From positions 1 through 64,000 of the forward strand of contig JBEWZL010000084.1 of the NCBI GenBank assembly GCA_045837725.1: a DNA stretch of 64,000 nt, written 5' to 3'. The notes beneath the pieces are model-generated. The model saw only the letters and a list, made by a program, of their open reading frames with translations, was not told where the DNA came from and did no database searches. The translations under genes were made by a program, and so were the position numbers. This document shows, one piece after another, positions 63,972 to 64,000 of this stretch. This DNA comes from Vermamoeba vermiformis. Lineage: Eukaryota. Positions within the stretch are counted from its first letter, which is position 1. Each line of letters begins with the position of its first letter.

Positions 63972-64000
63972 CTACGAATGTTTCAATTAGTTCACTCAAA

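Overview
Eukaryotic chromosome end from an intron-rich, compact protist genome; an amoebozoan-like gene set is my inference. The window opens with a remnant of Oxford Nanopore adapter (1-101), then a (CCCTAA)n telomere, a 41-bp subtelomeric tandem array and a CpG-depleted pseudogene zone. About 22 host genes follow: Rab24, mitochondrial-type CnoX/YbbN, FBPase, cation/Ca exchanger, TIP30, BTB-pentapeptide protein, MCMBP, Prdx6, two PA-domain 7TM proteins, a heme peroxidase-DOMON-cytochrome b561 fusion, a Clu-TPR-LRR-UBC giant, and two intronless bacterial-type genes, among others. Three mobile elements have readable ends. (1) A 4.6-kb two-gene TIR transposon splits an EGF cell-surface gene. (2) An Ngaro/DIRS-type tyrosine-recombinase retroelement has a spliceosomal intron in its recombinase and only a 10-bp direct repeat at its apparent borders. 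(3) A 2.3-kb non-autonomous TIR element is nested in that retroelement's gag. Exon boundaries were read by eye and family assignments come from remembered motifs, not searches.
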